A DNA stretch of 64,000 bases from an uncultured delta proteobacterium. Its GTDB lineage: Bacteria; Desulfobacterota; Binatia; UBA9968. This document shows, piece by piece, positions 53,838-63,749 of the stretch. The stretch is taken from NCBI GenBank assembly GCA_963771465.1, contig CAVYTU010000013.1:436000-499999 (forward strand). Reading direction: 5' to 3'. The position numbers were made by a program, and so were the translations under genes. The notes beneath the pieces were generated by a model that searched no databases, was not told the origin of the DNA, and worked only from the letters and a program-made list of their open reading frames with translations. Position 1 is the first letter of the stretch. The number at the start of each line of letters is the position of its first letter.

Positions 53838-55217
53838 ATGGCAACTAAATATGACGCTATCATTATCGGCACTGGCCAGGCCGGTCCATCGCTCGCCGGG
53901 CGATTAGCCGGCGCCGGAATGAAAGTGGCGATCATCGAACGCAAACGCTTCGGTGGCACCTGTGTCAACAACGGCTGCATTCCGACCAAGACGCTGATCG
54001 CCAGTGCGCGCGCGGCATATATCGCGCGGCGGGCCGGCGATTACGGCGTGACGATCGATAGTTCCATCACTGTCGATATGAAGAAAGTCAAAGCGCGCAA
54101 AGACGCTGTCGTACGGCGCTCCAACGAAGGCCTCGAGCAGTGGTTGAAGACCACCGAGCGTGTGACGGTCTATGAAGGCCACGGAAGCTTTGAAGCGGCG
54201 CATCAGGTACGCGTCGGCGATGACATTCTCGAAGCCGAGAAGATTTTCATCAATGTCGGCGGGCGCGCCGCGACTCCTGCGTTGCCCGGCCACGATCAGG
54301 TCAGTTATTTCAACAATTCGACCATGATGGAAGTGGACTTTGTGCCCGAGCATCTGATCGTCATCGGCGGCAGCTACATCGGTTTGGAGTTCGCGCAGAT
54401 GTACCGCCGTTTTGGCAGTGAGGTGACCATCGTCGAAATGGCGCCGCGCTTGATACAGCGTGAGGATGAGGACGTTTCCCAAGCGATCTGCACAATCCTT
54501 GAAGCCGAAGGCATCAACCTCCGGCTGAGCGCCCAATGCATCGCCTTGGAAAAACGCGGCGACAGGGTGGCCGTCAATGTCGATTGCAGCGCCGGCGATA
54601 AGACCGTCATCGGTTCGCATTTACTTCTCGCCATGGGCCGGGTGCCGAACACCGACGACCTCGGCCTGAAAAACGCCGGGGTCAGCGTTGATCAGCGTGG
54701 CTACATCGAGGTGGATGATCAACTCCGCACCAATGTGCCTGGCATCTTCGCCCTGGGCGATTGCAACGGGCGAGGCGCTTTCACGCACACGGCATACAAC
54801 GACTACGAGATCGTCGCTGCCAATCTCCTGGACGGCGACCCGCGCCGGGTGAGTGACCGCATCACCGCCTACGCGCTCTACATCGATCCGCCCTTGGGGC
54901 GGGCCGGAATGACCGAGGCGGAAGTGCGCAAAACTGGGCGCAAAGCTTTACTCGGAATACGCCAGATGACGCGGGTTGGCCGCGCGCTGGAGAAAGGCGA
55001 GACACAAGGATTCATGAAAGTTCTTATCGACGCCGAGACCAAAGAAATCCTCGGGGCGTCACTTCTCGGGATTGAGTGCGACGAGGTTATCCATTCGATC
55101 CTGGATGTGATGTATGCCAAAGCGCCTTATACGGTGATCCAGCGCGCCATGCACATTCACCCAACCGTTACAGAGTTGATACCGACCATGCTCGGCGAGT
55201 TGAAACCTTTGGAATGA
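53838..55217 (+). CDS. Pyridine nucleotide-disulfide oxidoreductase (MerA/Lpd-like, no C-terminal CC)
   Basis: GTGQAG, GGTCVNNGCIP, HIHPTV. Confidence 0.93.
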   Translation: MATKYDAIIIGTGQAGPSLAGRLAGAGMKVAIIERKRFGGTCVNNGCIPTKTLIASARAAYIARRAGDYGVTIDSSITVDMKKVKARKDAVVRRSNEGLEQWLKTTERVTVYEGHGSFEAAHQVRVGDDILEAEKIFINVGGRAATPALPGHDQVSYFNNSTMMEVDFVPEHLIVIGGSYIGLEFAQMYRRFGSEVTIVEMAPRLIQREDEDVSQAICTILEAEGINLRLSAQCIALEKRGDRVAVNVDCSAGDKTVIGSHLLLAMGRVPNTDDLGLKNAGVSVDQRGYIEVDDQLRTNVPGIFALGDCNGRGAFTHTAYNDYEIVAANLLDGDPRRVSDRITAYALYIDPPLGRAGMTEAEVRKTGRKALLGIRQMTRVGRALEKGETQGFMKVLIDAETKEILGASLLGIECDEVIHSILDVMYAKAPYTVIQRAMHIHPTVTELIPTMLGELKPLE

Positions 55218-55346
55218 ACCGACGTGGAAAATCTTTGGCGATTTCTAGCAACCAATTTGTTCGTCAAGCGATCAAGAGCCGATCATGCAGGACACTTCGG
55301 CAAGCGAAAACTCTTTCATTTGTGAGATTTGCAATAGGAGGATGAT

Positions 55347-55622
55347 ATGGCCGTGTCTTGTGAACATCTGTCAGGTTTGAGCCCAGCGGACTTTCCCCAG
55401 CAAACGACTCCCAACGCATGTGAGGAGTGTCTGACGGAGGGAACGTTTTGGGTCGCGCTGCGCGAATGCCAATCCTGCGGTCACGTCGGCTGTTGCGATT
55501 CCTCGACCGGCAGGCACGCGACCAAACACTTCCATGAGACGCAGCATCCGGTCATGCGCGCGCTGCCGCCAGCGGCTTGGGTTTGGTGCTATGTGCACGA
55601 GGCACAGGGTACGCTGGGTTAA
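55347..55622 (+). CDS. UBP-type zinc finger protein
   Basis: CEH, CEEC, CQSCGHVGCCDSS..RHATKH, W.WCY. Confidence 0.92.
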   Translation: MAVSCEHLSGLSPADFPQQTTPNACEECLTEGTFWVALRECQSCGHVGCCDSSTGRHATKHFHETQHPVMRALPPAAWVWCYVHEAQGTLG

Positions 55623-55680
55623 CTTCCACTTGCATCACGGTCAACCGGCGAGCGAAGCACCCAACTCCTGATCGCTGGAG

Positions 55681-57036
55681 CTATTTCGCGTCGAGCGGCA
55701 GTGGCTTGTCCAATGCGATGACCAGGATCTGACTCACCTTGCCCTTGCCGATATTATTGCCCTGCTCGTCGTACTTGCTTTCTTCACTATCGAAATCGTT
55801 ATCGTTGGCAACCGCGATGGTATTACGGTCGATGACGGTAACGCCCTCGATCTTCTCCGGCATTTCTTTGAATTGGTTCAAGTCGAGTACCAGCGTTTTC
55901 GGCAGCACACGAATTCCCCCACTGGCGGGATCGTCCAGTGCTTCTAAACTCGGCGAGGTATTCGGATCGTCCCACTTGGTCTTGAGAACATTGGTCGCGC
56001 CAGCTAGGTCAACGGTGTAAAGTTTCGCGACCCAGTCGGTGCGCTCCAAGATCAGTAGTGTCGTTGGATTCAGATAAACCACGGCGGATAGTTTCATCTC
56101 ATCTGGGCTCATCTTGGGTCTTGGATCGAACTCCGCGGCAACGTCGAAACGATAAACATATTCAGCCGTCACTTGCTCTTTATCCCGATCAAAAACTATG
56201 ACGCGGGTGTTGCGCGAGGCATCGCCGATCTTGCGGTCGGGATTGGCCAGCGGGCTTTGCAGCACGGCATAGAGAGTTTTTTCATCGGCGCTCACCGCCA
56301 GCCCCTCGAAGCCGCGGTTGATTTTTCGTTTGCCGAAAATCGCCGGCAACGATTCTTGCACCGGATAGTCCGCGCCGGGCAGCTTGACACCCGCCGGCAC
56401 GTAACGCTTGATTACCTTGCCGGTTTTGTCGGCGTGAATCAGCGACGGGCTATACTCATCGGCCAACCAGAATTCGCCGGATTTCGTTCGGATCAACCCT
56501 TCGGTATCGAGGCCATTGACGTTGAAACCGAATTCCTTTTGCGCCGTGTAATCGTAGGGAGTTTCATCGATGGTTTTGGCATTCGGCAGGCCGGTGATCG
56601 GCTTGCCGGAACGGCCGACAATCGGCACCGCTTCGACGATTTTGACCGCGCTGCCCTCCAACTTTACTCGAACAATGGTGGGATTAAACTCGGGTACCCA
56701 GAATGTGCGTCGGTTAGCGCCATCGACTCGGATCTGGCCATTGGGGCCGCGGTCGGTGACCATCCAGAACTCGCCGGCGGCATCGTTGGAGCCGCGCCAC
56801 AGATCGCTGCCAACCGAACCTAAAAGCACCTTGCGATCGTTAGGCACGCTCCCGGCAAACTTAGCGTTCTGAAATTCTTTGATCGGTATTGCTGGGAACT
56901 GGTGAGTCCCGACAATTCGCGCCTGGGCAAAGGCTTGATCAACCCCAGGGGAGACCAGACACCCGGCGATACCCACGCAAACCATTAGCCGCCGAACTCG
57001 GACAGAAAGTAAATTCATTGATGCGTACCTCCCCAC
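55681..57036 (-). CDS. Secreted esterase-like activity of phytase family protein
   Basis: TDRGPN, DTEG, DEYSP, NRGFEG, KIEG, NDNDF. Confidence 0.9.
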   Translation of the reverse strand: MGRYASMNLLSVRVRRLMVCVGIAGCLVSPGVDQAFAQARIVGTHQFPAIPIKEFQNAKFAGSVPNDRKVLLGSVGSDLWRGSNDAAGEFWMVTDRGPNGQIRVDGANRRTFWVPEFNPTIVRVKLEGSAVKIVEAVPIVGRSGKPITGLPNAKTIDETPYDYTAQKEFGFNVNGLDTEGLIRTKSGEFWLADEYSPSLIHADKTGKVIKRYVPAGVKLPGADYPVQESLPAIFGKRKINRGFEGLAVSADEKTLYAVLQSPLANPDRKIGDASRNTRVIVFDRDKEQVTAEYVYRFDVAAEFDPRPKMSPDEMKLSAVVYLNPTTLLILERTDWVAKLYTVDLAGATNVLKTKWDDPNTSPSLEALDDPASGGIRVLPKTLVLDLNQFKEMPEKIEGVTVIDRNTIAVANDNDFDSEESKYDEQGNNIGKGKVSQILVIALDKPLPLDAK

Positions 57037-57188
57037 TGCAGGTCCCCGGAAGGTATCGGCGATTGGTAAACTGGCGGTTAAGAATAGGTTAAGGAATGGT
57101 TAAGAACAAAATCGAAGCCGATCGGCTTTACCGCGGAGGATTTGTCCCCCGTGCTCGCAGCATTGTCATTCTCGAGCGGCATCGGAGA

Positions 57189-57400
57189 TTATTGCATGCG
57201 AAATTCTTTCTGTACTTCGCGCAAGAGCGACAGGTCGCGCACTTGAGATAGCGGGATCGGCTTGTCCGTGCGCACCGTCGCTTTGCGCGACTCGATGGCG
57301 AATTCGTAGGTCTTGTCGACGGTGCCGCCATCGAGGCTGAACGAGGGCAGGATCGAATCGTAGGAGTCCCGCGCGACATCGGGCGTTTGGCTCAACCACT
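57189..57400 (-). pseudogene. 3' fragment of a NitT/TauT-type ABC substrate-binding protein
   Basis: SY...FSLDG...SQVRDLSLLREVQKE-type C-terminus with no N-terminal part; abuts bioD. Confidence 0.6.
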
Positions 57401-57409
57401 TGCTCCTGA

Positions 57410-58115
57410 TCATGTTTTCCCTATCCACAACTCGATGTTTCTCAAATCTAGCTCCGCCTCGAAAAGATCGGCGATCGCACTACCGGACTCTTGGAACGGC
57501 AACTCGGCGAGACAAGCGACTCCGGTCAGGCCCGCCAACACTTCGCGGTTGGTGTCTGCAGCGAGAGAATCTTCATTGGACAGTCGGTTCAAAACATAGC
57601 CGAGCAAGGTCAAATCTTTGCAGCTGGCATGTTCCAAGCTGAGCAGCAGATGATTGATCGCGCCGAGCTTGTTGGCCGCCACGACGATGACCGGCAGTTT
57701 GGCGACGCTGGCGAAATCGGCGAAGGTATAGCTCGGCAAGAGCGGCACCATCAGTCCGCCGGCGCCTTCGACTAAGGTAAGGTCGTGAGCCGCCTTGATC
57801 TCGTCGAAGACCGTGAGCAAGTGGTCGATGTCAATTCTTACCCCCGAGCGTTCCGCGGCGATACTCGGCGCCAAGGGTTCGGGTAAACGGTACGGGCATA
57901 CCTTCTCAATGGGCTCGGCACACTCGGACGCTTCCTTGAGACGCCATGCGTCCTCGGGATAGAGCGCGCCATCGCGCATGACGCAGCCGGTCTCAGCCGG
58001 CTTCATGACACCGACGCGTATAGCCGTAGGACCTCAACAACCGCGCCAGGCCGCAGGTAAAAAACGTTTTGCCGACGCCGGTGTCCGTGCCGGTGATAAA
58101 GATCGCTTGGCCCAT
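57410..58115 (-). CDS. bioD: Dethiobiotin synthase (frameshift near 58020)
   Basis: IFITGTDTGVGKT, KP.ETG, VEGAGG, LGAINH. Confidence 0.93.
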
Positions 58116-59474
58116 TTATTTTCCCGTCACCGTGACGATGCAGTCGTGGACCACATCGAGCAGAATCGTCAGCTCGCCGTCGCTCATGCTCAACGGCGGC
58201 ATCAGCACGATGACATCGCCGAGCGGCCGGATCATCACGCCGCGCTTGCGCGCTTCGAGAATCACTTGATGGCCGAGGCGCATTTCTGCCGGGTAGCTCA
58301 TTCGGCTCGCCTTGTCCTGCGCCAACTCGATGCCGATCATGTAGCCCCACTGGCGGATATCGCTGACATGGGCGAGCGGCAGAAACTCGTCGCGCAAGCG
58401 CTGCTGCAGCATAGACACACGCGGTTGCATTTTCTCGACGATAGCGTCTTTGGCGAACAGTTCGAGATTGGCGATGGCGACCGCGCAACCGAGCGGATTG
58501 CCGGTATAGGTGTGGCCGTGAAAGAAAGTTTTGAAATCTTTGTAGTCGCCGAGAAACGCCGCGAAGACATCCTCGGTGGCAAGTGTCGCCGCCAGCGGCA
58601 AATAACCGCCGGTGATGCCCTTGGCGACACAGAAAATATCCGGCGTCACGCCGGCATGGTCGCACGCGAACATTTTTCCGGTGCGGCCAAAGCCGGTGGC
58701 GACCTCGTCGACAATGAATAGAATCCCATGGCTGCGGCACAGTTCGCGGATCGCCTGCAAATAAGCCACCGGCTGCGCCCACATGCCCGCCGCCCCCTGC
58801 ATGAGCGGCTCCATCGCCACAGCCGCTAGCGTTGGCCCATGTTCAGCGAGTTTTTCCGTGGCATCTTTGATCGCCGCAGCTAGGGCATCGGCTTCGCTCA
58901 TGCCTTGGTAATAGCGATACACATGGGGCGGCGTGATGCGAATCACTGGGAACAGCAGACTCTTGTGATAGCGATGAAAAGTCTCCGAGTAACCCAAACT
59001 CATGGAGCCCACGGTGTCGCCATGGTAGGACTCCGCCAGCGTGGCAATTCTTACACGCTGCGTGGCGCCTTTGAGTTGCCAGTATTGCACCGCCATCTTC
59101 ACGGCGATCTCGACCGCGGTGGCGCCGCTGTCGGAATAAAAAACCCTTTGCAGCCCCTTGGGCGCGATCTCGATCAGCTTCTGCGCCAGATTGATTCCCG
59201 GTTCATGACTCAAGCCGAGAAAGGTCGAGTGCGCCAAGCGATCGATCTGTTGCTTGAGCGCGTCGTCCAATTCCTTCTTGCGATGGCCATGGACGTTGCA
59301 CCATAGCGACGACACGCCGTCCAAATATTTCCGGCCTTGATCGTCGATCAAATAATGACCATCGCCGCGACTGATGATCACCGGGTCCTCGCTCATCCAA
59401 TCCTGCATCTGCGTGAACGGATGCCAGAGATAGCTATGGTCGAGCTGTTTCAGCTTGTCGTGATCGCTGGCCAT
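58116..59474 (-). CDS. bioA: DAPA aminotransferase
   Basis: WHPFTQM, SLWCNVHGH, DEVATGFGRTG, FFHGHTYTGNP. Confidence 0.96.
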   Translation of the reverse strand: MASDHDKLKQLDHSYLWHPFTQMQDWMSEDPVIISRGDGHYLIDDQGRKYLDGVSSLWCNVHGHRKKELDDALKQQIDRLAHSTFLGLSHEPGINLAQKLIEIAPKGLQRVFYSDSGATAVEIAVKMAVQYWQLKGATQRVRIATLAESYHGDTVGSMSLGYSETFHRYHKSLLFPVIRITPPHVYRYYQGMSEADALAAAIKDATEKLAEHGPTLAAVAMEPLMQGAAGMWAQPVAYLQAIRELCRSHGILFIVDEVATGFGRTGKMFACDHAGVTPDIFCVAKGITGGYLPLAATLATEDVFAAFLGDYKDFKTFFHGHTYTGNPLGCAVAIANLELFAKDAIVEKMQPRVSMLQQRLRDEFLPLAHVSDIRQWGYMIGIELAQDKASRMSYPAEMRLGHQVILEARKRGVMIRPLGDVIVLMPPLSMSDGELTILLDVVHDCIVTVTGK

Positions 59475-60631
59475 CGGCGTTTAACTTCCTCGAAGATGTT
59501 CAATGCGCGCTCGATCTGCGCTTCGCAATGAGTCGCCATCAGGGTTATGCGCAAGCGCGACGTCCCCACCGGCACCGTCGGTGGGCGAATGCCTTGAGCG
59601 AATACACCTTGTTCGAGCAACGCCGCTGACAACGCCATGCAGCGACCGGCATCGCCGACCATCAGCGGCAAGATCGGACTTGTGCTTTTGCCCAATTCAA
59701 ATCCCAACCGGCTCAGTCCCTGATTTAGCTTTTGACAGTTATGCTGGAGCGCGGCGCGACGTTCCGGCTCCCTTTGCACCAAATCGATGGCCGCCAGCGC
59801 CATCGCCATCACCGCCGGCGGCAGCGAAGTCGTGAAGATAAAACTGCGGCAGCGATTGATCAACAAATCGCACAGATCCCGGCTGCCGGCGACATAGGCG
59901 CCGAATCCGCCCAGCGCTTTGCCCAGAGTGCCCATTTGAACCAACACTTGCGAGGCCAAACCCCACTTGGCGACGACCCCGGCGCCGTTGGCGCCGAACA
60001 CGCCGGTGCCATGGGCTTCGTCGACCATCACCATGGCGTTGTACTTCTCGGCGAGTTCGACGATCTCTCGAAGCGGCGCCTCATCGCCGTCCATGCTGAA
60101 AATCGTCTCGGTGACGATCATGCGGCGGCGCGCCGATGCCGCTTGTTTAAGCGCAGCTTCGAGCTCATTTAAATCGCAATGCGCGTACACCAAGGTCTGC
60201 GCTTTCGACAGCCGGCAACCGTCGATGATGCTCGCGTGATTGAGCGCATCGCTGAGAATCACATCGCCTTCGCCGGCTAACGTAGAAAGGATGCCAATGT
60301 TAGCTTGGAATCCAGAGTTGAACACCAACGCCGCTTCGGTGTTTTTGAATTGGGCGAGCTTCGCCTCCAACTCCTCGTGCAGTATCATGTTGCCGGAAAT
60401 CAGCCGCGATGCTCCCGACCCGCAACCATAACGGTCGATTGCCGCCTTTGCCGCCGCCGCCAACGCCGGATGGTTGGCGATGCCGAGATAGTTGTTCGAG
60501 GAGAAATTAATCACCTCGCGACCGTCGAGCGTCAATAACGGCCCCTGCTCGCCCTCCACCAGGCGCAGCTGGCGATAAAGTCCGGCGTCTTTAGCCGATT
60601 GCAACTCGGCAGCGATGAATGTGGCGCGCAT
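59450..60631 (-). CDS. bioF: 8-amino-7-oxononanoate synthase
   Basis: SNNYLG, SRL.SG, HASIIDG, DEAH, GTLGKA, IRPPTVP. Confidence 0.96.
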   Translation of the reverse strand: MRATFIAAELQSAKDAGLYRQLRLVEGEQGPLLTLDGREVINFSSNNYLGIANHPALAAAAKAAIDRYGCGSGASRLISGNMILHEELEAKLAQFKNTEAALVFNSGFQANIGILSTLAGEGDVILSDALNHASIIDGCRLSKAQTLVYAHCDLNELEAALKQAASARRRMIVTETIFSMDGDEAPLREIVELAEKYNAMVMVDEAHGTGVFGANGAGVVAKWGLASQVLVQMGTLGKALGGFGAYVAGSRDLCDLLINRCRSFIFTTSLPPAVMAMALAAIDLVQREPERRAALQHNCQKLNQGLSRLGFELGKSTSPILPLMVGDAGRCMALSAALLEQGVFAQGIRPPTVPVGTSRLRITLMATHCEAQIERALNIFEEVKRRWPAITTS

Positions 60632-60707
60632 GGAAGAGGAATTATTGCATCAACGTTACAATTATCAACCTAGCGATGGCCACAGCTTTCCTGCTATAAA
60701 ATCTCCC

Positions 60708-62069
60708 ATGGCCAAAATCAGGTCCGTCTACGCCTGCCAAAATTGCGGCAACCAATCGCCCAAGTGGCTGGGCAAATGTCCCGACTGCAATCAGTGGAAC
60801 ACCTATGCCGAGGAGCATTTTGAAAAAGCTACCTCGACCCGCGGCGAGCTGAGTCTCGGCGGCAAAGAAGAACCCACCTCCATCGGTGACATCAACACCG
60901 CCGAAGAGGGCCGGGTGCAGTCGGGCATCGGCGAGTTCGACCGCGTCCTCGGCGGCGGTCTGGTGCCAGGCTCGGTGATCCTCATCGGCGGCGATCCTGG
61001 CATCGGCAAATCGACGCTGCTGCTCCAAGCCGTCGCCGCGGTCAGCCAGAAAGGGCTCACCTGTCTCTACGTCTCCGGCGAGGAATCCCAGCGCCAGATA
61101 AAAATGCGCGCCGAACGGCTCGGTGTCGCTGCGGCCAATCTCCTCGTCCTCAGCGAAACCTCGCTGGAACGCATTCTCGAACATGTGAAAAAAATCAAAC
61201 CCGGCCTCTTGGTCATCGACTCGGTGCAGACGATGTTCTCGTCGACGATCCCGTCCGCCCCCGGCAGCATCGCCCAGGTGCGCGAAACCTCGGGCTCGAT
61301 CATCGTCCTGGCGAAGAAAACCGGACTGACAACTTTCTTGATCGGCCATGTCACCAAGGACGGCGCCATCGCCGGGCCGCGCCTGCTCGAACATATGGTC
61401 GACACCGTGCTCTACTTCGAAGGCGAGCGCGGCCATAGTTTTCGCATCCTGCGCGCGGTCAAGAACCGCTTCGGCTCGACTAACGAGATCGGCGTCTTCG
61501 AGATGAAAGAAGCCGGCCTCGCCGAAGTCAGCAATCCCTCGGAAATATTTTTAATGGAGCGGCCGCTGCAAGTGCCCGGCTCGGCGGTGGTTTGCAGCAT
61601 CGAAGGCACCCGGCCGATTTTGGTGGAGTTGCAGGCGCTGGTTTGCCGGTCGTTTCTCGCCGTGCCGCGGCGCACCACCATCGGCGTCGACCACAACCGC
61701 ATCGCTCTCTTAGTCGCCGTGCTGGAAAAGAAGATGGGCGCCAAGCTGTTCGATCAGGATATTTTCGTCAACGTCGCCGGTGGCGTCAATGTCGACGAAC
61801 CGGCGGTGGATTTGGGCGTCATCGCCGCGATTAGTTCGAGCAGCCGCGAAGCCGCCCTTGATCCCAAAACAGTTTTCTTCGGCGAAGTCGGCCTCGCCGG
61901 CGAAGTCCGCGGCATCTCCCAAGCGGAAACCCGGGTCAAAGAAGCCGGCAAACTCGGTTTCGAGCGCTGCATCCTGCCGGCCAGCAATGTCGCCCAGTTA
62001 AAACACATCAAACATCCCAAACTCGCCCCAGTCAGCTCGATCCAGGAATGCTGGAAGCTGCTCTTCTAA
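60708..62069 (+). CDS. radA: DNA repair protein RadA/Sms
   Basis: C4 Zn finger, GDPGIGKST, KNRFG, Lon-like C-terminus. Confidence 0.97.
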   Translation: MAKIRSVYACQNCGNQSPKWLGKCPDCNQWNTYAEEHFEKATSTRGELSLGGKEEPTSIGDINTAEEGRVQSGIGEFDRVLGGGLVPGSVILIGGDPGIGKSTLLLQAVAAVSQKGLTCLYVSGEESQRQIKMRAERLGVAAANLLVLSETSLERILEHVKKIKPGLLVIDSVQTMFSSTIPSAPGSIAQVRETSGSIIVLAKKTGLTTFLIGHVTKDGAIAGPRLLEHMVDTVLYFEGERGHSFRILRAVKNRFGSTNEIGVFEMKEAGLAEVSNPSEIFLMERPLQVPGSAVVCSIEGTRPILVELQALVCRSFLAVPRRTTIGVDHNRIALLVAVLEKKMGAKLFDQDIFVNVAGGVNVDEPAVDLGVIAAISSSSREAALDPKTVFFGEVGLAGEVRGISQAETRVKEAGKLGFERCILPASNVAQLKHIKHPKLAPVSSIQECWKLLF

Positions 62070-62191
62070 GCGATCGACTTGGAGATCTGTGCGCGCTTTT
62101 GCATCCCACGCGCACGTTCGTTATTAATAAATTCTCGTGCCGGAGCGGCACCGCCCCGGCGACTGGAGTAGTCCTCCTTCGCGGGTCGATT

Positions 62192-62927
62192 TCATACTAC
62201 GTAGGGCGCCAAACACGAGACCGTCGTCACGAATGACGATGAGTTCATTGGCATATGCGACCATAAACTTATCTTCCGGGTTAAACCCTATCTTTGCCCC
62301 GCTAAAATGAAACACAGATTGAATGTTTCTGGCCACTACGTGTACGTCGGCGCCAAAAACGAGACCGTCCCCACGAATGACGACGAGTCTATTGCCCATT
62401 GCGACCATAAACCTGTCTTCCGGGTCAAAGCCTATTTTTGCCCCGCTAAACTGGAAAACAGGTTGAATGTTTCTGCCCGCTAGCTACGTCGGCGCCAAAA
62501 ACGAGACCGTCCTGACGAATGACCACGATTCTAGTTGCCCATTGCGACCATGAACCTGTCTAGTGGGTCAAACCCTATTTTCGCCCCGCTAAACTGAAAA
62601 ACAGATTGAATGTGCGGACCGTGGATTGTGCCCACGATGTTGGCCCCAAAAACGAGACCGTCCTGACGAATAACGACCAGCGGGTTAAAACCGAGTGCAA
62701 CCATGAACCTGTCTTCCGGGTTAAACCCTATTTTTGTCCCGTTAAACTGAAACACAGGTCTCAGGCTATCGGTTGCGGCCCCGTGAAAAATTTCTGCTCC
62801 AAAAACGAGACCGTCCTGACGAATCACGACAAGTTCATTGCTCCGTTGGACCATGAACTTGTCTTGCTGGGTTAAACCCTATTTTCGCCCCGCTAAACTG
62901 AAACACAGGTTCAATCGTTGTGCCCAT
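62192..62927 (-). CDS. Five-repeat protein, probably a beta-propeller, with frameshifts
   Basis: Five units of VFQFSGAKIGF.P.D.FMV....LVVIR.DGLVFGA; GGAGG RBS before 62927. Confidence 0.75.
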
Positions 62928-63379
62928 GACATTCCTCCAAAATAAGACCGTCTTGCGAGTAGAGAAATCAGTTACTTCCGTCGAACTTTGATACATTCGC
63001 TGTCCGCTCAGCGGCCCGATAGGGTTGCATGGTATTCCATCTGAAGCCGAATCAACTCAATAATAGTAATTTGCTTTTTGAATCTCCCCGCGAATAACTG
63101 AAACCCGCCTCCATCGGCCGCTTGGGAGCCGGCTGTCAATAGCTAGATAGCGAGTCGGGACAGAGAAAAGCAGCCTTCATTCATGACTTTGGGCGGAGAC
63201 TATCCGATAAGTCGTCTTATTTCAACTTAGGCAAGTCAATCAAGTCGCTCAAGGGCGGGTCCAATCATGACACCCCCCTTCGTGAATGCGCCGAAGAAGT
63301 CCAAGGTCAGGAACTTGTCCAACGCGGTGTTCACGGGGCGCGGGGCAAGGCGATACGCTCCGTGGGGAGACGTGGCTCC

Positions 63380-63621
63380 TCGCCGTCGCCGCGGCCGAGA
63401 TCAAGGACGTGAGGCCGCATGACCTCCGGCGCTGGGCGATTACTCATTGGACCTCGGTCGGCATCCCGCGCGACATCGTCATGGTGGCGTCCGGCCACGC
63501 GCCGAACGGCGTGGACGAAATGTACGTCAACTTCAGCGACGAGCAGCTCGTGGGCGCGTTCGCGCGGGCGGGCTTACTACTACCGCCTGAGTCTCGGCCA
63601 GGAAAGACGCTCGCAAACTAG
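63380..63621 (+). pseudogene. C-terminal remnant of a tyrosine recombinase
   Basis: PHDLRR...SGH......Y catalytic motifs; no N-terminal part. Confidence 0.8.
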
Positions 63622-63710
63622 CCAAGAAGGGCATGTAAAAACGGTCTAAAACCGATTTCGCGCGGCGGTGTTGCAAAAGAACATGCTACAAGCTATTGAA
63701 TTTTTGAAGT

Positions 63711-63749
63711 GCCGGAAACGTGGAATGGCAGACGCGCCGGACTCAAAAT
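63711..63749 (+). pseudogene. 5' half of tRNA-Leu(CAA), att-site-like remnant
   Basis: GCCGG...GTGGAATGGCAGACGCGCCGGACTCAAAAT (D arm to anticodon loop); no T arm follows in the window. Confidence 0.75.

Noticed and set aside
53838-55217. Mercury resistance gene merA
   Set aside because: No C-terminal Cys-Cys, no NmerA domain and no mer operon genes.
62200-62910. Periodic repeats as a CRISPR array
   Set aside because: Units are about 145 nt, protein-coding and degenerate at synonymous sites; no unique spacers and no cas genes.
15208-62927. Numerous frameshifts (cbs, lyase, redoxin, cpo-like, AKR, SnoaL, amidohydrolase, pirin, ogt-ada, bioD) as programmed frameshifting or mass pseudogenisation
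   Set aside because: Scattered single-base indels with no shared slippery motif and no accompanying in-frame stops, even in bioD; best explained as sequencing or assembly error.
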